A DNA stretch of 60,000 nt from Lama glama (taxonomy: Eukaryota), in the NCBI GenBank assembly GCA_028534125.1, contig CM052817.1, positions 97,404,001-97,464,000 on the forward strand. Reading direction: 5' to 3'. Shown in pieces: positions 28,301 to 40,869 of the stretch. The notes beneath the pieces were generated by a model that ran no database searches, was not told the DNA's origin, and worked only from the letters and a program-made list of their open reading frames with translations. Numbering within the stretch: the first letter of the stretch is position 1; every line of letters begins with the position of its first letter. The position numbers and the translations under genes were made by a program.

Positions 28301-28927
28301 AGACATGGGTGAGGGAGGAACAGCAGAAATCTGGGGACTGGGTGGGGACACAGACTGACACTGGCTGGGAGACAGCGAGAAAAGGAAAAGACAGGGCGAT
28401 ATAAAAGGCACAAATGAACATTTAGGAGGCACCCACAGGGAGGCCCCGGAAAGGGGCAATCTCAGTTCACAAGTCTCTTGCTCCACTTTGTCCAGCGTGA
28501 TTTCCCCAGGGACACCGCCCGGTGGAGACAGCTTTTCTCCCACCGTACTGGGGATGCTTCCCTGGTACCAACTTTCCTTCTCCGCCTTTTCTCAACCTGC
28601 TACGCTCAGCTCCTCTTTGAGTCTACACTCCACTGACTGCATTCTGTCAAAGTGGAACCAGCACTTGAGTCCTTTGCAAGTCGTGGGACTGGTCACCCTT
28701 GGCAATTACCTGTTAGCAGGCGAACACATTAGTTCCCTTAATAGAGCTTATGCAAAAATGATCCAGAACGGGTTACAAGAGCAAGTCTGGAAACTATGAT
28801 TTCATACATGGCACTGCATTCGTGAGTGTATGTGGTTTTCAAAGAGTTTGCTATAAATGGATAAAATCTAGAGCTCTTTTGAAATTTTGTTTAAAGTGCC
28901 CATGGCATGAATTAAAAATAAATTAGA

Positions 28928-29071
28928 TATTCAATATCTTATAGTAACTTATAGTTAAAAAAGAATATGAAAATGAATATATATGTTCCTGTATGACTGA
29001 AGTATTGTGCTGTACACCAGAAATTGACAGATTATAACCTGACTATACTTTAATAAAAATATATTTTAAAC
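28928..29071 (+). mobile_element. Short L1 3' tail with TSD
   Basis: tattcaatatcttatagtaac...gctgtacaccagaaattgaca...; TSD aataaattaga at 28917-28927 and 29072-29082. Confidence 0.85.
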
Positions 29072-32000
29072 AATAAATTAGAATACAATTTCACATTGAT
29101 GTAAGCCACCTTCTAATGCTCTTCATTTGCACACACACTCCCACATATATTTCATGACTACAGCATTTGCCCATGGAAATTTAAATGCCCCAAATGGCAG
29201 CATTATCAGAAACATACACTTGACTTGAAGCATGAAATATCAGAGTTGGACTAAAACAAAAATCAGCTGACAGAAATTAACTGATAACAGATCTGAAAAC
29301 TGAGAAATATTTCTTTGGCATGAGCATAATCACCATGCTCACCATTTCTCTAAAATCCTTCAGTTTCTCTAAATTATAAAACATAATCTGCCATTTCCCT
29401 ACCACAAATGGGCTGTGCCCACTCTAACATCATTATAGAAATTCTTATCCAGAGACACCAGTTTCCCCTCTTGGTCAGATCTTAATGAGGAGCCCAAGAC
29501 ACAATAAACATAATAATGTTGCAGAATGGAAGGCAGCAGCAGCGAGCTCCACTGCCAAAAGCAACAAGACTTGCCTCTGAGCTCACGGTTAGCTGTGCTG
29601 GCTGTCACAGTCTCTCCACACGCCACACAGAACCACACGGAATCAGAAGCAAGTGATGGGAGTGAGGGGTTGGAACCGAGCACAGACTTTTCAGAAGCAG
29701 AAACTTTCTAAATCAGGCAGAGCATGCTGTCCCCTAGACCAAGATGGTGCGGCCAGCCCGTCCACAGGGAGACATGAGCTTTGAAGTTTTGCTAGCAGCG
29801 GTGATGGATGTGAAGATCTGTCCCGCGGGGATGGACGGCCAGAGACAGGTGCAAGACAACTGGCCAGACTCAGCCGGGCAGTCAGCAAGTGGAACAACAC
29901 AGAGTTCCTGCTCCTGACTGAAAGGAAACCTGGACCTTGGGCCCCACGGACCTCATGACACACCTGGTCAAGCTACCAAAGACACAGATGCCAACACACG
30001 AGTTCAGAAGACAGCTTTACTGTCTTCTCAACACTTATTTTCCAATGGATCAAAATTTGGAGCAATCATACTGCAAAGCAATTAAAATAACTCGATAGCT
30101 AAAAACAAACAAATAAAAACAACAGAAAACTTTACTGAGCCATGAGAAGGTTGCTATTCAATGTATTTTGCCCAAGGTCATCTTGTGAAGGTCATCTTGA
30201 AACTGACATAGTTAGAAGACTCATATAATGAAACTTCTTATGTAACTTTTACCCCCTATGTATGTGTGTGTCAGTAAGTCTACACGTGAAAGAAATAGCT
30301 GTGTATTACTCTGGGTAAAATTACATGGAATGCTGTCAAAATCAAGAGATTTAGATCAGAGTTTCCCTCCCATGCAATTTGTAAGAAATAGAAATGGATG
30401 AAGGGGAGGGGTGCTGAAATGCAGATATCTGGGGAAAAAACACACACTCACAGTCTGGTTTACTTTAAAATTTTAAAAAATCAACCTTACTAATAAGCAT
30501 TATTTAGAGAATAAGATATGATTGTTAAATTCCCATCATTATGTTTAATTCTTATAATCATGTGGGAGAAAGGACAGCTGGTAAAAATTTCTCTGGACCT
30601 ATCTGCAGAGGGAACAAGATAAATCCCCAAAGGCCCATTGGCTTGAGGACTTTATAATTCTACAGTTCTATAAATATAGAGAGACAAAAGAGGCTCCCAA
30701 AGACCCTGTCACATCACAGAATTAAACAGGTATATCTTGTCTTATAGAAAGTGTAATTTTTATACCAATAGTCTTGCGCATAAACAGTCCCTTTAAATGC
30801 AGTCTTTAATTCACCACAGAGAAAAAAATTGGAGGAAAAAACATTCAAAAGCACCAAGAACTTTGGAGGGATGCCAAACAAATTTATACTGAACATTTTT
30901 CTGAAAATTTCGCTCAAATGAAAACATTCTCTAACGTAAAACTCACTAACCTGAGAGACAGGTGCTATGATAGAGATGATACAAATGGATAAACTGAAGA
31001 TTAGATGCATTACATAAGGTCATTGCTTCATAAGCTCGTGAGTCACAGCACCCAAAAAGAACATTAAAAGAACAAGGTGGAGAAAGTCAACGATTCAACT
31101 TTTTCCATGAAAATGATTATTTTTATGCCCTTGATATTTCATTTATTCATTCTGCAAACATCCATTACTATCTGTATCAAGTACTATCGGTGCCCCAGTC
31201 AGAGAAGAAATAACAAGGGCTGAATACTGCTCATGTCCCAAAAATTCAGCGGCAACTTTAATAGAATATATCTAAAACTGGAAGCAAAATACACCTGCGT
31301 GATGTTTTAGCAAATGAAGACTGGTCTTTCCAACCATAAGGTACTGAAATTAAGATCTGTTCTCTGTAAAAACATAGTATTAAATAGCACATTCCACCTT
31401 AAAATGTGTTCTATGGATAAATAAACCAAAGCAGAAAGATGTCTTACTTTCTGAAAATCTCCTGGTGAACTAACGACACAGCAGAAATAGAATTCTAGAT
31501 ACTATACCATGATCTCCTGTTTTTAAAATATGCTATATTCCCTTCACTTAAATGTCTAGTTAATATATTCTTCAAACAAAAACCCTGGCCTTGACTACTT
31601 CTTCTCAGTAGTCCTATTCACATCCTTAAAGATGATGTGACTGGTAATCTCGGCACTCCCCAAAGCTGAGCAGATGCAGCCAAACGCTAAAAGAAATACT
31701 ACAAGAAATCTCTTAACACCTAAGAAAATATTTGACTCAAGTCTTGAGAAAAATATTTCCTACTGGAAATTAGAAACACAACGTATCTATAAGCAATATA
31801 ACTGATAACAGCTTAAATAATATATTTTATAATATATATGTTCATTATATAGTTTTTATATTTTACACAGTTTATATTATATACATAATATTGTTTTAAA
31901 TGGCTTGCTACCAAAGGGAAGGTATATGGAAGGAAACAATGACTTTATTCTTCAAAGTCAGTAACACTTAAACTCAGATATTCACTGGATCAACTCCAAA

Positions 32001-32190
32001 GTTATTAAGTTATAGCACGATTTGAAGTGATAATAACCAAGATTAAATATGCCAATCCTTCCACTGATTTCTGAGTATGCTTCAGATAGTTTAATCCTTT
32101 TAAAGGACTTTTTCATCTTAATTGGTTCAAAATCAGGAGTGCAAGACTTTCCTACTACTAGAAGAATTTATATACCACTGTAATTAAAAG

Positions 32191-32267
32191 ATTTTTCAGC
32201 AATATCTGACTATATCTGATTTTATATATATTTTTCAGCCATATTTGATTATATCTGATTTATATAC
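32191..32267. repeat. Two-copy ~39-bp tandem duplication
   Basis: atttttcagcaatatctgactatatctgattttatatat / atttttcagccatatttgattatatctgatttatatac. Confidence 0.8.
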
Positions 32268-32742
32268 ATAAAAGACATTAGAATAAATCAGCACTTTATG
32301 TAAGTCTCCAATTACTAAGGGGATTGAACATAATTTCTTCCTACATACAGCAATGCTGTACTTGATTTCCTCCTGAAGCAACTTCTATTTGTCTGTCCTT
32401 CCTTCCAAGAGAAACTAAGGTTCAGTAACACACTAAGCCGGCCAGCACTGACGGCTCTCCCTCCTGCCTGGAAGCCCCTCCTGGCTCTCTTTCTTCTCTC
32501 CCTGGTAAAATCCAGCCCAAATCCACCTTCTTATGCAGTCCTGCACAATCTTACCAGTTAAAATCTACCATCCCATCTCCATGACTGTACTCTCATTCAC
32601 CTGCTTTACAACTAATCTTTCCACAACATGCCTTCCATTCTTATTATTCAGGAATATACACACATCCCCCCGAGTACAATTCCTTAGTTATCCAACAAAA
32701 ATTTGCTGACTTGAACTGAAACATTTAAAAAATGTTAAAATT

Positions 32743-33126
32743 TCAAACTCCCAAATTTATCCCTTCCCACCCTCTTCCCTCTGGTAACCGTAAAATTGTT
32801 GACTATGTTTCTGTTTTATAGATGAGTTCATTAGTGTCCTCTTTTTTCTTTTCTTTTTTTTTTAAGATTCCACATATGAGTCACATCATATGGTAAATTT
32901 CTTCCTCTTTCTGATTTCCTTAATATGATAACCTCCAGGTCCATTCATGTTGCTGCAAATGGCATTATTTTATTTTTTTTTTATCACTGAGTAGTATTCC
33001 ACTGTATAAATATACCACAACTTCTTTATCCAGTCATCTGTTGATGAACTACATACATGCATGATTGGGACACTATGCTGTACATCAGAAACTGACACAT
33101 TGTAACTGACCATACTTCAATAAGAA
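32743..33126 (+). mobile_element. 5'-inverted (twin-primed) L1 with TSD
   Basis: Antisense 3'UTR ~32743-33048 fused to sense tail ~33050-33126; flanking aaaa(t/a)gttaaaatt at ~32729-32742 and ~33127-33140. Confidence 0.8.
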
Positions 33127-33204
33127 AAAAAGTTAAAATTGAAGTTAAGGGTAGTTGCACACAATCTAATTTCAACTCAGTTAATATGTACAATATATCT
33201 ACAA

Positions 33205-33350
33205 AACTGTCATTGATCCCCTCACTTTGGAGACAAGGAAACTCAGAATCAGAGCATTTTAATAAATTAGCCCAGGGATCAAAATTTTGGATAACAAAAC
33301 CAGGTGTGCAACCCAGGGTCTGGGCTCAAAGTCTATGGCATAGTGCTCTG
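33205..33350 (-). mobile_element. MIR relic
   Basis: gacaaggaaactcagaatcagag...ttagcccaggg...aacccagggtctgg. Confidence 0.55.
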
Positions 33351-33739
33351 AGGCTGCCTCTCAAGATGTGATATGGTGTTCCCGACCTCAAAGGTTTAAT
33401 TTGCACTGGAACTGTTCAAAATTACCGAATACTCTATAATCTGTCAGCCATTTTCTCACATTCTCTCTATGAATGACATTGAATGACAAGGGACTACCAT
33501 AAATAAAAGAAAAAGGATTCTAAAATCAGTGGGAATTAAAGAGATAAGAAAAATTCCTTCAAATTATACAACACTACAAAATTACCCACCTACCTTCTAT
33601 GAATGTAAATTAAATATGTCCTACATCAGAACACCATATTCTCATTATTCACAAATTCCAGTCTATAAAAAAGGCAAAATAATCATCGAGTGTTATCAAG
33701 ACTTTTCACGTCAGAAGAAACATCTAAGACCATCACGTT

Positions 33740-33875
33740 CTACTGATTATTTCACAGATGAGGAGACTGGACTCAGAAAAACTCAACAGCCTCAAGGTCC
33801 TATAATTAATAAATAAAGGCCAAATTGATATGAACTTGGCCCCCCAAGTCTCAGTCTAATTGCTTTGTCCACTGG
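33740..33875 (-). mobile_element. MIR relic
   Basis: ttcacagatgaggagactggactcaga...caaggtc. Confidence 0.55.
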
Positions 33876-35792
33876 TTATACTATAAGTAAACTATACTGG
33901 TATAATTATATACTATATTTCTAGAAGAACACTGAAAGTAAGAATTATTAATTACATATGTCAATGCCTAAAAGAACCTCAAGGGTCCTTATAACTTAGC
34001 CTAACTACCTAAATTTTCATTATGAGAAAGCTGAGGCACAAATAAAGCAATATATTTTGCCCAAATTTTAAATTTATTTTTATTCAGTCCAGTGAAAATT
34101 CTCTCTCCAACAGTGAAAAATATTTTAGGATATAAAGAAAATTCATCACAGTATCTGACAGCATCTTTGTAAAAGCAGCCTCCCTATCTCTTGTTAATCA
34201 TCCATACTTTCTTAGACCCTCCACATATTCTAAGAAGACTTTCATAAAACCTATCTGATTATCAATATAATATCCTCTACTGTTAATTGTATCTGGAAAC
34301 AAGTATCCTCCAGCTATATCCTAGTGAAATTTCCTTTTTATAAAAAAAACAAAAACAAAGATTAATGAACGAAATGAAAAAGTAAACATGTTGACATGTG
34401 TCTATGGTATAAAGTATTTTTCATGTCAGTGAAGTAAGCAAGGACAGTACCTTCAATCTTGACTTGATTTTCTGAAAAAGAATCACAATAAACGTTTAAT
34501 TTTTACTTGGTTCTAGAAGATTCTATGGATAAAATCAATCAAACTGCACCATTTAAAAATGTTGACAAGATGTTATTTATATCAAGAAAGTAGCTACTTC
34601 TTTCTGGCATCTTTATTTTCATATCATAGCAAATAATCCTTTCAAACTACATTTCCAAGCCTTTTCTTATATTAAAAACAAAGCTTCAAAAGGGACACAC
34701 CCAGGAGGTGAAAGGCAGAACTCCACACCCTTCACTTCCCTCCACCTCTTTTCAATTCAGCTGCAGCCCCACAAATTCCAACACAAGGGGAAGGCAATGT
34801 GGTGGTGTCAGAAATACAGCAGGCACATCCAGGCTAGGCTCTCAAGCCCAAAATTTTCTAGGACAACGAGAAGTAAAGCCATGATAACCAAGAGGAGTAG
34901 GAAAACACAAACACAGAACCCACTCTGAAAGAAGCCCGATATTTAGCAGTGCCCTGCCTTCATCTCCGCTCACACCGCTCCACTCGAGTTCTTTTCACTT
35001 GTCATCAGAAGACCTTACTCTTTTCACCTTTAAGAGCGATACAGTGATTCTGCTTATTTCATCAGAAATCCACCCGAGGTTAGGAGGAAGGCAGGGAAAA
35101 AAAAAAAAAGATGGAATGTTTGGGCATTTTTTTTTTCTCCCGGCCACAACAACTGTTTTTCCATCTGACGATAGATGAAACTCTTCAGTGTAGAAGGAGA
35201 AAGTAAATAAGAGGAAGAACTGTAATTCTTGAGCCCGTGCCAGTTTACAGTATTGAAAAAAAAGGATCTGCGCCACAGCTTGGCGGCCGGCCATATTTAC
35301 AGTAAGCTATCTAGTGTTTTGCCCAACGGGGAGAACAAAGGACTCAGTGTGGTGCTGCCGGGTTTGTGTGTCTCAAATATTGTGGAGAGAAGGAATGTGA
35401 CCCCACATGCAACAGACCCTCTCCTTTCTACAGCTCTCTCTCCTCAATGACTCTCAAATTATGGTCAAAAGAGTCTATCAAAGGGCAAGAGAAAGCTTCC
35501 CGGTCTCAGAGTTTTAGCTTCAACTTTAAATTACCATTTATTTCACTTGCAAAAATAGCCTCTCTGTTAATCTAGTTTGAACTGAAAAATTTCCAAAGCT
35601 TGAGAAGCACACGATGTTTCACGATATGGGTGATTCTGCCTTGTGAGAGCAGCTAACTCTGAAACAAGTACCTTAAATACAGTTTTTCTTAGTGAGATTT
35701 AATACCTCTTCTTTCCATTATATTATTTATCAGTTTTTAGCAAATATATGGACTGGATGACACCACGAAAATTATATTAGGGGCTTAATGGC

Positions 35793-35881
35793 TATTTTAT
35801 TTATGTATTTATTTTTACTGAAGTACAGTCAGTTACAATGTGTCGATTTCAGGTGTACAGCACAATGTCCCAGTCATGCAT
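35793..35881 (-). mobile_element. Very short L1 3' tail
   Basis: ttttactgaagtacagtcagttacaatgtg...caggtgtacagcacaatgtcccagtcatgca. Confidence 0.8.
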
Positions 35882-37269
35882 CAACAACTGTTTTAATAGA
35901 GTGCATTCCTATTTTATTTCCAGAAGTAAATAAAAATGTCAAGTGACAGTATGATGGCCAACATACTAAAATCAACAACAACAAAGACTCTTTCCCCTCA
36001 AAGTTATACTTCTTTGGAAACTACGTCCAAATAAGGATGTAAGTGAAAGTTAAATCAATTGCAATTTCTATTTCTTTATATATATCCACACATTTGCTTG
36101 GGCCAAAAAAAAGTGTTTTTATCTTAAATATCAATGTGACAGACAACACATCTCTGATTGAACTTTCAGTTTTCTCACTGACGTTTGGTTCTAGTGGGGA
36201 AGGAAGACAAAAGAAAGGTGAATAGTGTAACAGACTATTAGTGAAAACTGCTTTAGAGAAAACACAAAGAAGGAATGAGTTGGCGGGGCAGGAGGAAGAG
36301 ATACGACTGTAGGGAAGGAGTCTGGGATGATGAATTTGGAGTCGGTGCCTACATCGTCCGAGGGAACCAGCCTGCGGGTATCAGGGAGGAGAGAGCACGT
36401 TAGCTGCTCTGACCAGCAAATGACAGGGTTTCCTAAGGAATAAGCCAAGGATTCTCGACGACTGTGAAGCTCTTCCCGAAGGTGGGGAGACAATAGAGAC
36501 AGTTTGCTTTAAACACAGATGCTGTTCACAAAATGAGAAAAGGAGCCGGCGTGGGGACAAAGGAGCACCAGCAGCTGGGAGAAATGTGGAAAAGAGAAAA
36601 AGAAAGCAGAAGGGAGAAGCAGAGCAGCGGACAGCTGGGAAGGATGTGAAGAGAAAAGGTCAACTTGCGGCGGTGCCCTAAATATTAGTAAGAATTATTA
36701 CAATAGCTGGACGTCAGACATTGGGAAGGATGGTTTGTAAACTCCTACAGCCTGGAAGACGCTTCTCATCAGAGTCTGAGTAGCAATGTGAGGAATCACC
36801 AAGACGTCAGGCACCTCTACAGCAGGGCAGTTTGTTGAGATTTAATTTTTGCTTTGTTTCCATTGTTTTGCTTTGTTTCCTTCCTCATGGGGATGGATCG
36901 GGGAAGGAACTTCTCTGGGATATAGGCAGTAGGGCCTCCCAGTGCCCAGGAAAGAGCAGGACCTGAGAAATAAATGAGCGCAGGGGGCAAATACAGATCG
37001 TGCAAGATGGAAATCTTATCACTACCTTCAAGGGCATACATGGACCTGGACAACAGACACACCAGATACATGAGGGGGAAGTGCAGACTGACAGCCAGAG
37101 AGACCCTCCTCAAATGTTCTATTCTGTGTATAACCACTGGGTTTTTCACATCAGCCATAGAGGTGGTTAGAGGAGTAATAATGAGGATCAACTAGGAAGA
37201 TTCAATTTCCCTCCAACCTGGCTGCTGAAGGGGCTCTTTAGAAAGAAACAAGTAACTGAAAGGCAACAA

Positions 37270-37620
37270 TAAGCAAACATTCATACCCATCAGAATAGCC
37301 AAAACTTTAAGCTCGTTAATAACCTAGAATGTGAAACCAAGAAGGCGCTCGTACACTGCTGGGATTAAAAATTGTAAAAGGACTTGGTAACAACTAAAAT
37401 AAAATGAAGACAGGCATACTTGAGGCTCCACCTATTTCATTTACAGAAATAGACCCCGAAAAATGGTTGTATCTCTGCACAAGGAAACACATGAGAGTAC
37501 TCACTGCACCATGGTTTGCAATAAAGAAAAATTACAAGGAATTTTCATCAAAAGGCGAGAAACAAATTATACTTATATAATGGAATATTATATAACAATG
37601 AAAATGAATTCACTGAATCA
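37270..37620 (+). mobile_element. Old L1M (ORF2-end/3'UTR) relic
   Basis: catacccatcagaatagccaaaa...tacactgctggg...atggaatattatataacaatgaaaatgaat. Confidence 0.55.
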
Positions 37621-38236
37621 ACCTGTACCAGCAAAAGCAAAAAAGATAGAAAAGAAGGAAGGAAGGAAAGAAGGAAGGGAAGGAGGAGGGTGGCCAGGAA
37701 TTCATCAGTGGCTACAGGCAGAGATGCACCTCCTCACCACCTCTCCACGAGGAAGGGAGGAAAGGATTTAATTCCTGGTTTGCACACGAACAGAGCAGAA
37801 CCACCTAGCAGAAGAGTAACACCTGCCAGAAACACACCTGCCCTCCCAGAGCCAGGCTGCCTCTGCTCTGAGAAACAAGGTCATGGAAAAGCACCAATTG
37901 GGAGTCAGGAGAGGTTCTAGGTGCAATTTTCAAATGGTTCTAAGAAACCATCCCTTTGTAACAACTATCTGAGCTTCTGTTAAGAAACAAGAATTGACAA
38001 GGGATAACAGACCAATTCTGAAATAAAATAAAAAACTTGATGGCATTCTCCCATATTATCTACTAAATAAGCAACTTCCATTTTCTGTGGATGCCAGTGA
38101 TAAACAGAAAGATGAGATGCAGTAAAGTGTTCAAAGAATAATCTGAAAATCTATTTCAAAAGCCTAAGGATATTAAGAAGCAGGGTAACATTAAGCCTGC
38201 CCTCTGTACTCACTCTTCCTCACAGATGCTGTCGTA

Positions 38237-38284
38237 TTAAGTCCATAATTCAGTATGAATACACTTTAATATTATTTTCACCTA
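38237..38284 (+). repeat. Copy 1 of a 48-bp dispersed direct repeat
   Basis: ttaagtccataattcagtatgaatacactttaatattattttcaccta; 47/48 identical to 39949-39996. Confidence 0.9.
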
Positions 38285-38453
38285 ATTTGGAAAACTAAAA
38301 TTCAGGATTATATGAAAAAGTTCATAAAAACAGATTTAGGTGATTTTTATGTTATTCAAGGCACATGGGAAACTTAGGTACCTATCTTTCTAAAATGTAA
38401 TGATTTAGGGTAAATACAGTGCCAGTGGTACTCGGCAAGCACAAAGACTTTTT

Positions 38454-39140
38454 TCCCCTTTGTTTTTATTGAGATATAATTCATATGCCATACAATTCAT
38501 GTTTTTAAAGTATGCAATTCAGTGATTTTTAGTAGATTCACAAAGTTGTACAACCACCAACCCGATTTAATGTCAAAATATTTTTATCACCCCCCCAAAA
38601 ATCTCTGTACACATAAGCAGACACTCCCTTTTCCCCCTGCCCTGTCTCCAGCCCCTGACACCCACCAACCTATCTTTCTTTGTCTATGAATTTGCCTACT
38701 CTGAACCCTTCAAATAAATGGAATCAGACAGTATGTAGCCTTTGGGGTATGGCTTCTTTCATTTGGCATAACGACTTCAAGTTTCATGTATGTTGGAGCA
38801 TGTATCAGTACTTCATTCCCTTTTATGGCCCAGTAATGTTCCACTATAGAGCTGCACCACATGTGTTTAGCCATTCGTCAGTTGATGGATAGTTGGGTTG
38901 GCTTTTGACCATTATGAAATAACACTGGGTCATAAGGTAATCCTATGTTTAACCTTTTGAAGAACTTCAGCAAATGCATCATTTTCCATTCCTATCAGCA
39001 TTTCATGAGAGTTCCAACTTCACCACATCCTCACCAACACTTGCTGTCTGTTGAGTGATAGCCATCTTAGTGGGCATAAAGTGGTATCTCACTGTGGTCT
39101 TGACTGAATCTCCCTAAGTAATGATATTGAGCATCTCTTC
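38454..39140 (-). mobile_element. L1M (L1MA/MB-like) 3' fragment with 16-bp TSD
   Basis: tttttattgagatataattcata...; TSD agcacaaagacttttt at 38438-38453 and 39141-39156. Confidence 0.88.
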
Positions 39141-39948
39141 AGCACAAAGACTTTTTAGAATAATAGTTTTTCCATGTGGCTGATATTGATCTAACAAGTG
39201 CTGTAACAATAATGAATTAGTTTAACTCTTGCATTCTATTTTTCTTGCATAATTCAACCTAACAGACTTACATACAGTAATGAATATTTATATTTTATGA
39301 ATAAGGAAACTGTTAGGAGATAATTAAAAAGTAAATCCTTAAGAAGTACACACACTAATACAAGATTTATGAAATTCTATATTTATATGCTTATAATACA
39401 CATCTATTTTGTCCTTCTTTAGTGGAAATGGTTGGTCAAAGGAACATTAGAATAGGAATAAAGTTGGGGAAAAGCAGTTCAATATCTTCCAGCAAAGCAT
39501 AGATGGTGGTAAGTAGCTAGCCCAGCTGTTCAAATGGCATTTATTATTTCTCTAGAAAAATATGATTCTAAGTAGTCACTAAACGTTTCATTACTTGTTA
39601 CAGACTTTACATTGCTTTAAACTTACTTCTGTGACCTCTCCATGTGCCAAACCAAAATAAAACATTACCTTCAACTATACTCAGAAACATTCAGTATTAC
39701 TTTAAGTACTAGAAGGTATACTTTCTCATATGACAAAACACATTTACTGCCCACACTTAGGGCATGAAAGACCCCCGTACAATAAAAGTTAGGATGCAGA
39801 TTCATGTTTAAAACATGGAAAATTTGACCCAAATGTTCCCATTTTTTTAAAACCTAAAATGAAAAGTCAAAAGCTTCTTTTGGCAACAGTTAACTCATTC
39901 AAGCTATGATCCATCTTTAACTCATTCAGGATATGCTCACTGAGTCAC

Positions 39949-39996
39949 TTAAGTCCATAATTCAGTATGAATATACTTTAATATTATTTTCACCTA
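39949..39996 (+). repeat. Copy 2 of a 48-bp dispersed direct repeat
   Basis: ttaagtccataattcagtatgaatatactttaatattattttcaccta. Confidence 0.9.
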
Positions 39997-40869
39997 TGAT
40001 ACTGTAATTTTTTCCACTGAAAGTACCAAACCCATTTAGTGAGTTCAGTTAATATGCTGTGTGTATGTTTTAGATGTTCTGGTCTAACCACTAACTCCCT
40101 CCAATATACTCTGTACTTCCAGCCTCAGGACATTTGCTCCTGTGAGACTCCGTGCCTGGAATTTTCTTTTCTCTAGTCTTCTTTTTTCTACACCACTGCC
40201 ATTGAACTGCTTCCAATACAAGTTCCGAAATTTCTATAAAGCTGCCCCTGACTACTTCCTCTACTGAACAGTTACACCAAATATCAGTGGGGACAATTAA
40301 ATTCATAGGTAGGTAAAAGGAGCTGGATTTTGAAGAATCAAGGATGACTCCCAGTTTGACTACGTCGGTCACATCTCCTTCCCCATAGACATTTATGAAG
40401 GTAGGAGTGAAGTTAAAGAGAACCACCTCCAAATGAGAAAGCACCAAGGTGGCTGCAGTCCTTTCTAGAATTGTCAAGTCAGTCTGTTATTATTTATTCA
40501 TTCATTTATTCAATATTTATTCCATCTCCTCCTGAGTGGACCCTGACATAGGTGCTAAGGATAAAAACAGGAAGGTGATCCATAAATGTAATAAATACCT
40601 AATATTAATCAAGCACTTACTATATAACAGTTGCCCCACATCTGCACTGTTACAGGCATCCTTCAGAGCCATTGAGGGTTCAGTTCCAGACTACCAAAAT
40701 AATGCAAGTCATATGAATTTTTTTTGTTTCCCGGTGCATGTTAAAGTTATGTTCATACTGTACTGTATGTACCCTATTCAGTGTGCAATAGCATTATGTC
40801 TAAAAAAAGTATATACCTTAATTTATAAATACTTTATTGCTAAAAAAATGTTAGCCACCATCTGAGCCT

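Noticed and set aside
30171..30200. Tandem AAGGTCATCTTG nuclear-receptor half sites
   Set aside because: Explained by a 14-bp local duplication; the spacing is not a canonical response element.
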